Shown here in pieces: positions 44,576-55,300 of a stretch of 59,407 nt of DNA. This stretch comes from a virus (lineage: Duplodnaviria; Caudoviricetes): positions 1 through 59,407 of the IMG/VR virus record IMGVR_UViG_3300042375_000244. One strand, given 5' to 3'. The notes under the pieces were generated by a model. It had not been told where the DNA came from. It did not search any database and was given only the letters and a program-made list of their open reading frames with translations. The translations under genes and the position numbers were made by a program. How positions within the stretch are numbered: position 1 is the first letter of the stretch; each line of letters starts with the position of its first letter.

Positions 44576-46444
44576 ATGCCACTCCAAAAGTTGCAGTTCC
44601 GGCCCGGTGTTCTGCGGGATGTGACAGGCTACACCAACGAGGGTGGTTGGCGGGACAGCAACCTTGTTCGCTTTCGCTTGGGCTTTCCTGAGTCCGTTGG
44701 CGGCTGGGAGAAGTACGCCCCAAACTATTCCTTCCTCGGCATTTGCCGGTCCATGCTAAACTGGGTTGCGCTGGACAGCTCCAACTATCTGGCGTTTGGA
44801 ACGCAGCTTAAATACTACGTGGAAGAAGGCGGCTTCAACTACGACATCACGCCCATACGCTCGACAGTGGTTTTGAACGGGCCTTTCGCCGCGACCAACG
44901 GCTCCCCCACCATCACGGTGACAGATGTCGCACACGGCTGCATCACCGGGGATTTCGTTACCTTCAGCGGAGCGGTATCGCTTGGTGGCAACATAACCGC
45001 AGCGGTCCTGAACAGAGAATATTCTGTCACGGTGATCTCGGGCGACACCTACACCATCACCGCCTCCGTGAACGCGAACGCCTCTGACGTTGGAAACGGT
45101 GGAGCTACTGTCACCGCAGCCTACCAAATCAATGTCGGTCTTGACGATCAGGTCGTGGGCAATGGTTGGGGGGCCGGGGTCTGGAGTCGCGGGACATGGG
45201 GCTCTGCGGCCACCATCTCCGTTACAACATCCTTGCGCCTGTGGTCCCAAGACAATTACGGCGAGGACCTGATCTTTGCTATCCGCAACGGGGACATCTA
45301 TTACTGGGATGCCTCGACCGCCAACATCGTCTCTTTGGTCAGCGCCCAGCGGGGCGTTGCGCTTTCATCTCTGTCCACGGACCCCGAAACACCGACCATT
45401 GCCAGTCAGGTTATTGTGTCGGATCGTGACAGGCACGTCATTGCGTTTGGGGCCAACATGGGTGGGGCCACGGCCCAAGATCCACTGTCCATTCGCTTCT
45501 CCTCGCAGGAAGATCCGTTCACGTGGACAGCGTTGCCGACCAATACTGCGGGCGAACTCCGGATCGGCTCTGGCACCCACATCATGCGGGCCGTCGAGAC
45601 AAAGCGTGAAATACTGGTATTCACGGACGTTGCCGTGTATTCGATGCAGTTCATAGGTCCGCCCGATACCTTCGGCATCCAGCAGGTTGCCTCGGGCGTC
45701 ACGGTGAACGGATACAACAGCCTGATCGCGGTGGACGATACTGTCTACTGGATGGGAATAAATACCTTCTACGTCTACTCGGGTCAGACGCAGGAGCTGG
45801 TATGCCCGTTGTTGAACTACGTGTTCAACAACTTCAACAAGGGCGAATCGGACAAGGTGTTTGCCGGGTTGAACTCCGAGTTTAACGAGGTGACGTGGTT
45901 CTACCCCTCGGCGGATTCCACTGAGAACGACTTATATGTTACCTATAATTACGTGGAGCGGGTTTGGTCGCACGGAAATCTTGCTCGCACCGGATGGCTG
46001 GACCGTGGGACACGGAACTATCCTACTGCGGCAAGCCCAGACAACTACCTGTATTATCATGAGGTTGGGACTGACGACGGCAGCACCAATCCGCCGTCTG
46101 CAATAAATTCCTACATTGAAAGCGCGCCCATAGACATTGGGGACGGGGACAAGTTCTCGTTCGTGCGCCGAATTATTCCTGACGTGTCGTTCTACAATGG
46201 CACGAACAGTCCGACCGTAAACTTCATTATGAAGACGCAGGATTATCCGGGATCAAACTATCAGGCCGGTTCGAACGCTCCTGTTGTCCGGACCTCGACG
46301 GCTCCGGTGGACCAGTACACAAATGTGCTGGATGTTCGCCTTCGTGGGCGCTCGATCATCCTTCGTGTCGAAAGCAACAAGGTCGGAACCCGCTGGGGTC
46401 TGGGTTCGCCCCGTATCGAGACGCAAGTCGATGGGCGTCGCTGA
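44576..46444 (+). CDS. Tail nozzle/tubular B-like (P22 gp10-like) protein
   Basis: 622 aa beta-rich protein just before the ejection proteins; no tape measure gene in the genome. Confidence 0.7.
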   Translation: MPLQKLQFRPGVLRDVTGYTNEGGWRDSNLVRFRLGFPESVGGWEKYAPNYSFLGICRSMLNWVALDSSNYLAFGTQLKYYVEEGGFNYDITPIRSTVVLNGPFAATNGSPTITVTDVAHGCITGDFVTFSGAVSLGGNITAAVLNREYSVTVISGDTYTITASVNANASDVGNGGATVTAAYQINVGLDDQVVGNGWGAGVWSRGTWGSAATISVTTSLRLWSQDNYGEDLIFAIRNGDIYYWDASTANIVSLVSAQRGVALSSLSTDPETPTIASQVIVSDRDRHVIAFGANMGGATAQDPLSIRFSSQEDPFTWTALPTNTAGELRIGSGTHIMRAVETKREILVFTDVAVYSMQFIGPPDTFGIQQVASGVTVNGYNSLIAVDDTVYWMGINTFYVYSGQTQELVCPLLNYVFNNFNKGESDKVFAGLNSEFNEVTWFYPSADSTENDLYVTYNYVERVWSHGNLARTGWLDRGTRNYPTAASPDNYLYYHEVGTDDGSTNPPSAINSYIESAPIDIGDGDKFSFVRRIIPDVSFYNGTNSPTVNFIMKTQDYPGSNYQAGSNAPVVRTSTAPVDQYTNVLDVRLRGRSIILRVESNKVGTRWGLGSPRIETQVDGRR

Positions 46445-46737
46445 TGGATGTCAGGCTGGTCCTTCCAACCTTCTCGGCTCCGCCTCCGGAGTACGACCAG
46501 AAGCATATTCAGGACTTGGTTCGGTCTTTGGACGCCTTGGTGCGGGTTATCAGGGCTCCGGGAGAAGGGCGTCAGACGACGATTGTTCTGACAGGACTCC
46601 AGCAAAACGATTACGGCCTTGAGCCCGGCACTATCTTTGAGGTGCGTGGGGCGCTCAGGGTTTCTGTCATCTACAGCCCCTACGTTGCGGGTCTGTCAGC
46701 AACCGCGTCTGTTGGGTCTGTGACAGTAACGACATGA
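46444..46737 (+). CDS. Small tail-associated protein
   Basis: TGATG coupling; P.EYD motif; C-terminal GLSATASVGSVTV. Confidence 0.7.
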   Translation: MDVRLVLPTFSAPPPEYDQKHIQDLVRSLDALVRVIRAPGEGRQTTIVLTGLQQNDYGLEPGTIFEVRGALRVSVIYSPYVAGLSATASVGSVTVTT

Positions 46738-46842
46738 CTTGTTTTTGCAGGTATAAGCAGGTAGGTTTGGTTATGCCAGTATCAGGCTCTGGCCCTGCTC
46801 AAAACCTTTGTCGCTTTAACGCGCGTATCACAGGGAACGACA

Positions 46843-48366
46843 ATGCAGGGCGATAGTGCTGTTCAAGACATGGACTTCCAGCGGGCGTTGAAGGCCTCTC
46901 CCTATGAGGAGAAGGACCTCCCCCAGCTTTCCGCAGACATCGGAGAGTCGTACACACGTCTGGCTCCGGAGCAGAAGCAGCAACTTCAAGAGCTTGCGGA
47001 CGATCTTGATACGTTTAGTATGGAAGACCTGCGCAATATGCGCTACTTCCTAACATATCTTAGCAAGAACCGCCGCCGCTACCGCGACATTTTGCAGAAG
47101 ATGTACGCGATGGGCGCGCTGGAAGAAGGTGGCGTACCTGAAGAATACGATCCCGCGTTCTTCTCCGTTCTCATGGGACTGGTGGATCAGACCATTGCCA
47201 AGCGTGGGGAATCTGGCACAGAGCAGGAAGCCCCCGAGGGTTTTGCAAAAGGCGGGATTGTTAGCTTGAAAGCTGCCGCACGCAGAGTGCAGGCGGCTGG
47301 ACGAGACGGCGATACGGTTTTGGCGCATATCACCCCTGCGGAAGCTGCGCTTTTGAAGCGTATGGGTGGCGCAGGATCAACCAACCCGAAAACCGGGCTT
47401 CCCGAGTACAAGAGCTTTTTCTCAAAGGCTTGGGGCTTTATTAAGAAAGCCGCCCCAATCATCCTGCCGATTGCCTTGAGCTTTATCCCCGGCGTTAACG
47501 TCATCGCTGCGGGCTTTATTGGATCGGGACTTGGCTCGCTCATTGGCGGAGCCAAGCCAAAAGACGCGTTGAAGAGCGCGATCTTCGGCGGTCTAACGGC
47601 AGGCATTGGCGCAGGCATAAGCGGTGCGGTGTCTGGCACAGGCTTCATGGCTGGTGTTCAAAGCGGTCTGCCGAGCGCATTTGGTGGAACCCCCGCCGGA
47701 GACCCCGGCGTCTTCAGTAAGTTGTTTAATCTTAGTGGGTCCGAAGCGGCGACAGGGGCAGGGTCAACTCTTCCTCCGGGAAGTATTCCGGCGGATGTTG
47801 CAGGACCCGGCGGATTTTCGTCAAGCATCAATCAAGGCGACCCCACAGGGCTCTCCGTTGCCAGTTCTTATGCTCCTCGCGTTTCCACCCCCAGCTCCGG
47901 CTTCGGAATCGGTTCCTTGGTGGACAAGGGCATCGGTCTCGTCAAGGAGTATCCCAAGACCGCCCTCGTCGCAGCCGGTGGCTTGGGCGCACTTGCTGCG
48001 GGCGGGATGGGCGGCAAAGACAAGGCTGTCGCACCGCTCAACACAGGGCCAACTACGCGCGAGCTTATGGCTCAGAATCCCGGTCGATACACCTTTAATC
48101 TTGCAAATTTCCGCCCACGGTCCACCACCGGGATGGGATTGTTTTCCGCAGCCGAGGGCGGTCTTGCGTCCAACGGCAACCTGGCAGCCAAGGGTGGCAA
48201 GGTCGATGGTCCGGGGACCGGCACCAGCGATTCCATCCCCGCCCGTCTCAGCGACGGCGAGTTCGTCTTCACTGCAAAAGCTGTCAGGGGAGCGGGCGAC
48301 GGTAGCCGGATGAAGGGCGCTAAGAAGATGTACGAGATGATGAACAAGTTTGAGCGGATGGCGTAA
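46843..48366 (+). CDS. Internal virion/ejection protein with hydrophobic Gly/Ala-rich helices
   Basis: FAKGG...GRDGDTVLAHITPAE...NPKTGLPEY; TM-like region; C-terminal GPGTGTSDSIPARLSDGEFV. Confidence 0.75.
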   Translation: MQGDSAVQDMDFQRALKASPYEEKDLPQLSADIGESYTRLAPEQKQQLQELADDLDTFSMEDLRNMRYFLTYLSKNRRRYRDILQKMYAMGALEEGGVPEEYDPAFFSVLMGLVDQTIAKRGESGTEQEAPEGFAKGGIVSLKAAARRVQAAGRDGDTVLAHITPAEAALLKRMGGAGSTNPKTGLPEYKSFFSKAWGFIKKAAPIILPIALSFIPGVNVIAAGFIGSGLGSLIGGAKPKDALKSAIFGGLTAGIGAGISGAVSGTGFMAGVQSGLPSAFGGTPAGDPGVFSKLFNLSGSEAATGAGSTLPPGSIPADVAGPGGFSSSINQGDPTGLSVASSYAPRVSTPSSGFGIGSLVDKGIGLVKEYPKTALVAAGGLGALAAGGMGGKDKAVAPLNTGPTTRELMAQNPGRYTFNLANFRPRSTTGMGLFSAAEGGLASNGNLAAKGGKVDGPGTGTSDSIPARLSDGEFVFTAKAVRGAGDGSRMKGAKKMYEMMNKFERMA

Positions 48367-48368
48367 CC

Positions 48369-49430
48369 ATGGCTGAAGTCACATCACAAGAACAGATTGT
48401 CCGCGAAGCCCCGGAGATTGAAGCCTATAAGCTAGGGCTTCTTGATCTTGCGAAGCAGCGCGCAGAAGTTCCTGTCGATCTTCCGGAAGCGCAGATTGCA
48501 GGGTTAACGCCTGAGCAACAAACTGCCCGTCTGTTGGCTGCTAGGGGAATAGGTGCCTACCAGCCTTACATGACCGGAGCCGGAGAGGCGTATCAAACCG
48601 CAGCGGCAGGATACGGCGCACTACCTTCTTACGGAACCGAGGCCCTTGGCGCTGTTCGACAAGGGGCCAACGTCGGCACCGGCCTATCGGTGCAGGGGGC
48701 GCAGGCTTACGATCCCCGCTCCGCTGCGGCGTTCATGAACCCCTACCAGCAACAGGTCACACGAGAAGCAACCAAGGAGATGCAGCGTCAGGCTGACATC
48801 GCTCGGGCGCAGCAGTCGGCGCAATCTGTCAGGACGGGTTCCTTTGGTGGTAGCCGTCAGGGTGTGCAGGCGTCGGAGCTTGCTCGTAACCTTGCGGACA
48901 TCCAGTCGAAGCGCATCTTCGAGGACTACTCAACAAACTTCAGTCAGGCGCAGGCGCAGGCCATGAACGCCTTCCAGAACCAGCAGGGTCGTTTGCAACA
49001 AGCTGGACAGACGGCGTTGGGTGCCGGAACTGCTGTTGGTCAGGCTGCGATTTCTGCGGGCGGTTTGCAGCAAGGCGCGGCTGCGGGGCTCGCGGGGCTT
49101 GGTCAGCAGACCGCCGCCCTTGGACAACAGATTTCTGGGTTGGGTCAGGGCGATGCTTCGTTCCTGTACAACCTTGGCGAGAAGACCCGTGGCTACGAGC
49201 AATCTGTTATTGACGCTGCACGACAGAGCAGCATCCAGCAGGAATACGAGCCCTTCCAGAGGATTTCGTTTCTTAGCGACATCTACAAGGGTGCGCCGTC
49301 TTCCCAACAGACGATCAGTCAGACATCGGCCCCGTCGGCCTCGCTTGCCTCGCAGGCGGGCGGGCTGGGTATTGCAGCTCTGTCGGCGTATAATCTGTTT
49401 GGCGGCGGCAAGTCCGGAACGGGCGGCTAA
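48369..49430 (+). CDS. Ejection/DNA-transfer protein (Gln/Ala/Gly-rich)
   Basis: FMNPYQQQV...GSFGGSRQG motif; helical composition. Confidence 0.75.
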   Translation: MAEVTSQEQIVREAPEIEAYKLGLLDLAKQRAEVPVDLPEAQIAGLTPEQQTARLLAARGIGAYQPYMTGAGEAYQTAAAGYGALPSYGTEALGAVRQGANVGTGLSVQGAQAYDPRSAAAFMNPYQQQVTREATKEMQRQADIARAQQSAQSVRTGSFGGSRQGVQASELARNLADIQSKRIFEDYSTNFSQAQAQAMNAFQNQQGRLQQAGQTALGAGTAVGQAAISAGGLQQGAAAGLAGLGQQTAALGQQISGLGQGDASFLYNLGEKTRGYEQSVIDAARQSSIQQEYEPFQRISFLSDIYKGAPSSQQTISQTSAPSASLASQAGGLGIAALSAYNLFGGGKSGTGG

Positions 49431-49466
49431 TCGGTCTAGCGTGGAATTGTAGGTAGGATAACGACT

Positions 49467-52364
49467 ATGGCTGAGGTTGATGGTTATGTGCTTAGCACAA
49501 CTGAGGACGGCGAGCTCATCGCCCGAAATGCCGACGGTCGCACAATATCGGCTGAAGATTATTACGGCCGTCTTGTGGATCAAACCTACATAAACGAGAC
49601 CGGAAGAGCTTCGACCTTTAACGATCCCGGCGGGAGGCAGTATTGGACCGAACTGCTCATGAGTCGTCAGGTACAGCCCGATCAACTGGATGAAGTTTTT
49701 TCCGCTACAGACGAGGGCAGGGCTTTTGACGCACGCACCGGGAACACGGGCGGCATCACAACCATAGACGCGGGCACCACTAAAGTCACTGATGGTACCA
49801 CTAAAGTCACGGACGGCACCACTAAAGTCACAGATGGCACCACTAAAGTCACAGATGGCACCACTAAAGTCACAGATGGCACCACTAAAGTCACGACTAC
49901 GGGTGGAATGTCAGACACACAGGCCCGAAACATTGTTACCCGGATGTATGGGGAGCAGCTCGGACGGACCCCCACGGACACGGAACTTGGTTATTGGGTT
50001 CCAGATGTTGTAGCGGGGCGTCTTGATGAGGCTGGTCTTCTGGCGCAATTTAACGCGTCTCCCGAAGGGGCGATGTTTGACAGAATTGGAGCCTTGTATC
50101 CCTTAGAAGTAGGGCGCCCGGCAGACCTTGGAGGCCAGTCCGAGTGGGCTCGTCAGATCCGGGAAGGAAGCCTGACATACGACCAGCTTGCAAAGCTGAT
50201 GTCCGAGACCACAGAAGGTCGAAACTTCGATCTTGACAATCTTTCCAAGGGATTACTCAGCACAGGGTATGTGGACCCCACGCTGACGGCGAAGTTAACA
50301 AGGCTCAAAGACCTGTATAAGACCAAGCTTGGACGTGATCCCGACGAGAAGGGGCTCAGGTTCTATCTAGGTCAAGAAGGCGAGGACTACGATTTTAACA
50401 AGGCCGTTACCACGAGCCCTGAAGCTCTGGTCCGTGACGCATTTAAGCGAGTGCTTGGGCGCGAACCCGACGCGACAGCCATGACGTACTACCAAGACGA
50501 GCTCAAGAAGGGTCGGACATACGACCAGATAGTTAGTGATCTAAGAAGGTCAGACGAGTATCAGACGAAGGTAAGTCCTGTGCGTGGACCGGGCGACGTT
50601 CTGTATTCTAACCCCGCCACTGCGGCCCGAGCGGCGACTGATTTCGCAGGGTTTCCCTTGACCTCAAAGGCTGTGACAGGAGCCGACGGCAAGGTCACAA
50701 ACAAACTTGAGTTAAACCTCCCTGACCAGAAGGATTTCTCCCTTGGGACCAAAGAGGGTACGTTTGATACGTTTAAGGATTACACACCTACGGTGTTTGC
50801 CGAAAACCCCTATGTGTCGAACATCTTCGGCGGGCCTTCTAAGGCTGACGCTGACAGGACAGGGGTCGGTGGACAAAGGGTATTCGGCAGTCCCGCCACA
50901 GCCACACAGGACTATTCAAATCTCGGTATAGGAACAGCGGGCGGAATCACGTCCTTGGCTGATGTCACCAAGGCGGCAAATGCGGCCCCCTTTACCCTTG
51001 GAAATACGATGGCAAACAATCTCGGGACCAACCTTGGAACCACAGCCGGGACCAACCTTGATCTCACGTCTAACGCAGGAACCATCGGCATGGCACAAGG
51101 TGGAATGATTATGTCAGATCCTGTCATGCGCCGGGCGATGTTCCGTAACGGTGGACCAGTGTCCGCGAAGGGCTACGGGATTACCTCGAACGTCACGACC
51201 CCGGACGAAAACGCCATGGCTATGCAGACCATGTTCCAGCCTCAGGGGTTCAGGGACGGCGGACCAGTGCAGTATTTTCAACAGGGTGGTGAGGCGGGTA
51301 TTATGCAGATTGGTGAACCACCGATCAGCGACCGACCCGACATGGAACGAATAGAGCCTCCCGTAAGTGTGGGAGAGCCTGACACAGCTCCTCGTGAGCG
51401 TGTTGTGCCAAAGACCCCTGTGGGCAGATCCATACGTGACTTCTTCTATCCTTCGGAGAACGCGCAAAAAAACATTGATAGGGCTGCGAATGAGCGTGCC
51501 CGGAGAGACGCCGTGGAAGAGGCCAGAAGAAATAACCCTGTCCCTACTATCTTTGACGAAGTGACGGATGCAGAGCGACAAGCTGCTAAGAAAAGACAAC
51601 AAGAGGCTGTTGAAGCTGCCGGGACAAACCCCGGAGAAGCAAGTCAGTTAGCACAGGCCCGCGCACAGATACGGCAGGCCATCGACGACCGTGATGATAT
51701 AAACCGAGAGGGCCGGGCTACGGTTTCCGAGAGGACGCCGCCGCCCGACGACACCGGGCGCAGGATAGCTGAAAGGGTGCCTGCAACGACATCGTTGGAG
51801 AAGTTAAAGGCTGACCGTGAAGCCAACAAGGCCCAGCGCAGAGAGAACCAGCTTCTTGCTTTGATGCAGGCGGGCTTTGCCATGGCAGCGGGCCGTAGTC
51901 CGAACGCCCTTGCGAACCTCGCGGCAGGTGGCGCTTCTGGCGTTGCAACTTTGGCTGGTCTTGAGAAGGAGCGCCGTGCCGACGACGCTCTGCTACGTCG
52001 CGAGATCCTTGAGACCGAGCTTGCACAAGAGAGAATGGGTGAGGCTAGGGCTGAGAGACAAGCTGCGCGTCAGCAGACGGCTTCCGAGCGTGAAAGCTCC
52101 CGTCTCCAGACTCTTAGCACCAACATAAACAACAGAATACAGAACATCCGGTCGGATATTCTTTCCGCACGCACTAAGCTCCTAGTCCAAGGCATCACCG
52201 ACGAGCAGAAGCGTCCGGTCGAGATTGAACTCGAAAACCTTGCTGCTCAATACAAAGCGGAGCAGAATCGGTTGGAACAGTTGTATGATCGGCTAGGGGT
52301 AAGTAAGCCTCAGACAGCCGAACCACCTCCTAAAGGGTTCAGGCTGGTGGGCGCAAAGCAATAA
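49467..52364 (+). CDS. Large internal virion protein with DUF4214-like repeats and coiled-coil C-terminus
   Basis: Five GRxPxxxxxxY/W repeats, GTTKVTD repeats, several xxGG motifs, Arg/Glu-rich coil. Confidence 0.75.
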   Translation: MAEVDGYVLSTTEDGELIARNADGRTISAEDYYGRLVDQTYINETGRASTFNDPGGRQYWTELLMSRQVQPDQLDEVFSATDEGRAFDARTGNTGGITTIDAGTTKVTDGTTKVTDGTTKVTDGTTKVTDGTTKVTDGTTKVTTTGGMSDTQARNIVTRMYGEQLGRTPTDTELGYWVPDVVAGRLDEAGLLAQFNASPEGAMFDRIGALYPLEVGRPADLGGQSEWARQIREGSLTYDQLAKLMSETTEGRNFDLDNLSKGLLSTGYVDPTLTAKLTRLKDLYKTKLGRDPDEKGLRFYLGQEGEDYDFNKAVTTSPEALVRDAFKRVLGREPDATAMTYYQDELKKGRTYDQIVSDLRRSDEYQTKVSPVRGPGDVLYSNPATAARAATDFAGFPLTSKAVTGADGKVTNKLELNLPDQKDFSLGTKEGTFDTFKDYTPTVFAENPYVSNIFGGPSKADADRTGVGGQRVFGSPATATQDYSNLGIGTAGGITSLADVTKAANAAPFTLGNTMANNLGTNLGTTAGTNLDLTSNAGTIGMAQGGMIMSDPVMRRAMFRNGGPVSAKGYGITSNVTTPDENAMAMQTMFQPQGFRDGGPVQYFQQGGEAGIMQIGEPPISDRPDMERIEPPVSVGEPDTAPRERVVPKTPVGRSIRDFFYPSENAQKNIDRAANERARRDAVEEARRNNPVPTIFDEVTDAERQAAKKRQQEAVEAAGTNPGEASQLAQARAQIRQAIDDRDDINREGRATVSERTPPPDDTGRRIAERVPATTSLEKLKADREANKAQRRENQLLALMQAGFAMAAGRSPNALANLAAGGASGVATLAGLEKERRADDALLRREILETELAQERMGEARAERQAARQQTASERESSRLQTLSTNINNRIQNIRSDILSARTKLLVQGITDEQKRPVEIELENLAAQYKAEQNRLEQLYDRLGVSKPQTAEPPPKGFRLVGAKQ
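49773..49895 (+). repeat. 21-nt tandem repeat x~6 encoding GTTKVTD
   Basis: GGCACCACTAAAGTCACnGAY units, in frame, no spacers. Confidence 0.92.
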
Positions 52365-52381
52365 AATTAAGGATATGACAG

Positions 52382-55300
52382 ATGCCGGTCTATGAAGTCC
52401 AAGCGCCCAACGGTACTATTTTGCAAATCGAGGGGCCGGAGGGGGCTTCGGAAGAGTCCATTCTGTCGTATGCTGAGAAGGTAGCGTACCCGGCCTTCCT
52501 TGCTGGAAAGAAGAAGCCTGAGCCCCAGCAGTCCTTCCTCCGACAGGTGGCCGACATCCCTCTTCAGATTGGAAAGGGTGCGGCCTCTGACGTTCGTAGT
52601 GTTATAGACACCTTTGGTCCGGGCAAAACCGTATCTGAAGGCGCGAGGAGCGTAGAAGCCTATGCTCAAGAGCTTTTATCGGCACAATCCCGCAAGGATT
52701 CCGCTGAGATAGCCCGCATTATGGACGAGGCTAAGGACGAGGGTATCCTTGAGAACGTGGTTGCTGCGGCACGAGCTTTCAGCGTTGCTCCCTTGGATTT
52801 GATCGCTCAAGGTGTGGGCTCAACGATTCCCAGACTTGCCTTGGCTAGAGTTGCGGGACCATACGGGATTGCTGCTCTGGGGGCCTATGGAGCGGCTTCA
52901 GGGGCAGGAACCATCAAGGGCGCCATCTTCGAAGAGACGAAGAAGGAACTTATGGGCCGGGGCGTTTCGGAAGACGTTGCAACAGGATTGGCGCAGAAAG
53001 CTGCGGCCTACGACGGGGAGAACCTCGGCCAGATTCTAATTGGCACAGGCCTTGGCGTGGTGGCCGGTGTTACCGGAGCAGAGCGGATTATTAATAACGC
53101 TCTCCGAAGGATAGGTGGTGCGGCAGCGCGCCGCCAAGTTGGAAGCACGTTTGGAGAAGGGTCCACAGAAGTTGGCCGTGGTGTGTTTGCCCGCACGGCC
53201 CTTGGCGTTGCTGGAGAAGCACCGCTTGAAGCACTGCAAGGCGGGCAAGAACAGCTTGCAAAGAATTTAGCAATTCAACAGGAAGGGTTTGACCGTCCGA
53301 CATTCCAAGGCGTTGCTGGATCGGCAGCATTGGATGCCATTGTCGGCGGCGCAATCGGTGGAACAGCCGGTGCAGCCTTCGGTCGTCGCCCGGACGTAAT
53401 TCCTCCTGTTGTTTCCCCTGGCAGTCCCGGAGCGGAGACTCCCCCTCCTGCAATCCCCCCTGCGGCTCCGGGGCTGCCTACTGCTGTTCCTGCTGGTGCG
53501 CCTCCGGGCGCGGCGGTTGCGGCTGCTGCGGCAAGCCCGCTTCAGACAGACCAATCTATCCAGAATATAGCGGCGGCACAGACCGGCGCAGTAGTTCCGT
53601 CTTCGGGACCTCTCAAGCGTTCGCAAACGGGCGCTCCTGTTCTGGCCCAAGGCGCTACAAATGTAGTAGACCCACAGCTTGTTACTTCGGCTGCGCAAAA
53701 GCTCCCGCTTTTTGGGCAGGGAACTATCGGGAGGGCGTTTGCTGGACAGACGGATGTTGGACAGACGCTTGATCCATCCACACGGCCTCTCGCGCTGGGT
53801 GTGCTTCCGCGCGATCTTGCAGGAGCGAGGCCACGCTATAAAACAACTCCGCTTGAGTTTGCAGATGGTGTCACTCAGGCGCTTTTCATCACCGCTCCGA
53901 GGAAGGACGGGAAAAAGTCAGATCGTGACGCCGACTACCGCAAGTGGTTGGAGAGCCAAGGATACAGTCCCTCGGAAATAGACCTACGCGGAAAAGAAGT
54001 CCGCAACTACATCGGGAGCCTTGTTAAAAAAGCGCCCGGCGTAAGTTTGCTTCCTGTCCCTACCTTCCCGAAGGTTGCTGCTCGCGCGGCTCAACAACCT
54101 GTGGCGGTTGCTGGACAGGTTGCTGGACAGGTTGCTGGACAGGTTGCTGATCCTTCGGGTCGTGTCACCACAACAATAGCTGATGGCTTGGGACCTCGTT
54201 ATGGCATGGAGCCGGGAGCTGCGGCACCTGCGGCACTTGCGCCCGCCGTGGCGGCACCTGCTCCTTCGACCACGGACCTTGGACCAGCGTCCGCGCGCAC
54301 GCCCGAGCCGCTCCGTGTGAAGACGATCAAGACAGGTGTCCCTTCGACCCCCGAGATCGAGGTTGCTCCGCAGATTGTCGAGCTTTCAGACATCATCTCT
54401 TCGGAGATCCCCGGATACGACCCGACTTTGCAACCGCGTGACAGGACGAGGATCGGATCTGACATCCAGATCGCGGACATCATCGCGAAGTTTGACCCCC
54501 AACTTCTGACCTTTGACCTCAGCACCAAGCGCGGTGCGCCTATCGTTAACCAGAACCTGAACGTTGAAAGCGGTAACGGGCGCATCATGGCCCTGCGCCG
54601 CATTTATGAGTCTCGTCCAGAACTGGCAGAGGCCTACAAGAACGAGCTTTCTCGTCTTGGTTTTGACGTTTCTGGGATGAAAAACCCCGTCCTCATTCAA
54701 CGTCGTATAACGCCCCTCACCCCAGAGGAAACCCAGCAGTACCTCGGCACAGCAAACACCCCCGACGTTATGCCAATGAGTGCTTTGGAGAACGCAAAGC
54801 AAGATGCCAAGAGAATCTCGCCTGAGATGCTCGACCTCATCCCGGAGGACCGCGACTACACATATCCTGAGTTTGTGCGTGAGTTTTTGCGTCGTCTGCC
54901 TGCGACCGACCTCAATGATATGTTAACCAATGAAGGTGAGTTGACCCCTGACGGTGAGCGCCGTGTACGGAACGCCGTGTTTGCAAAAGCTTTTGGAGAT
55001 CCGCAGGCTGTCGCCCGCATTGCGGAGTCAACCGACGACAATATCCGGTCGATCTCGAACGCACTCATTGATAACATCGTCAACTTTGCAAAAGTTCGCA
55101 TAGCTGTTGACGAAGGCAATATAGACCCCGGCTTCTCGACGGAGCCTCTCGTTGACGCGATCAACCGAATTTCGCGTATGCGGTCTACGGGAACGTCGCT
55201 TGAGAGATACATCTCGCAGGTAGACGCCTTCAATCCTCTGCCGCCGATGACAGAGAAGTTTATGCGCCTGTTCTATAGCGAAAAGGCGCGGGCTCTCGGA

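Noticed and set aside
46738-46842. Structured RNA or late promoter before the ejection genes
   Set aside because: Only short, weak pairings are visible; not supportable without alignments.
49773-49895. CRISPR-like or DGR repeat
   Set aside because: Contiguous in-frame coding tandem repeat without spacers; no reverse transcriptase in the genome.
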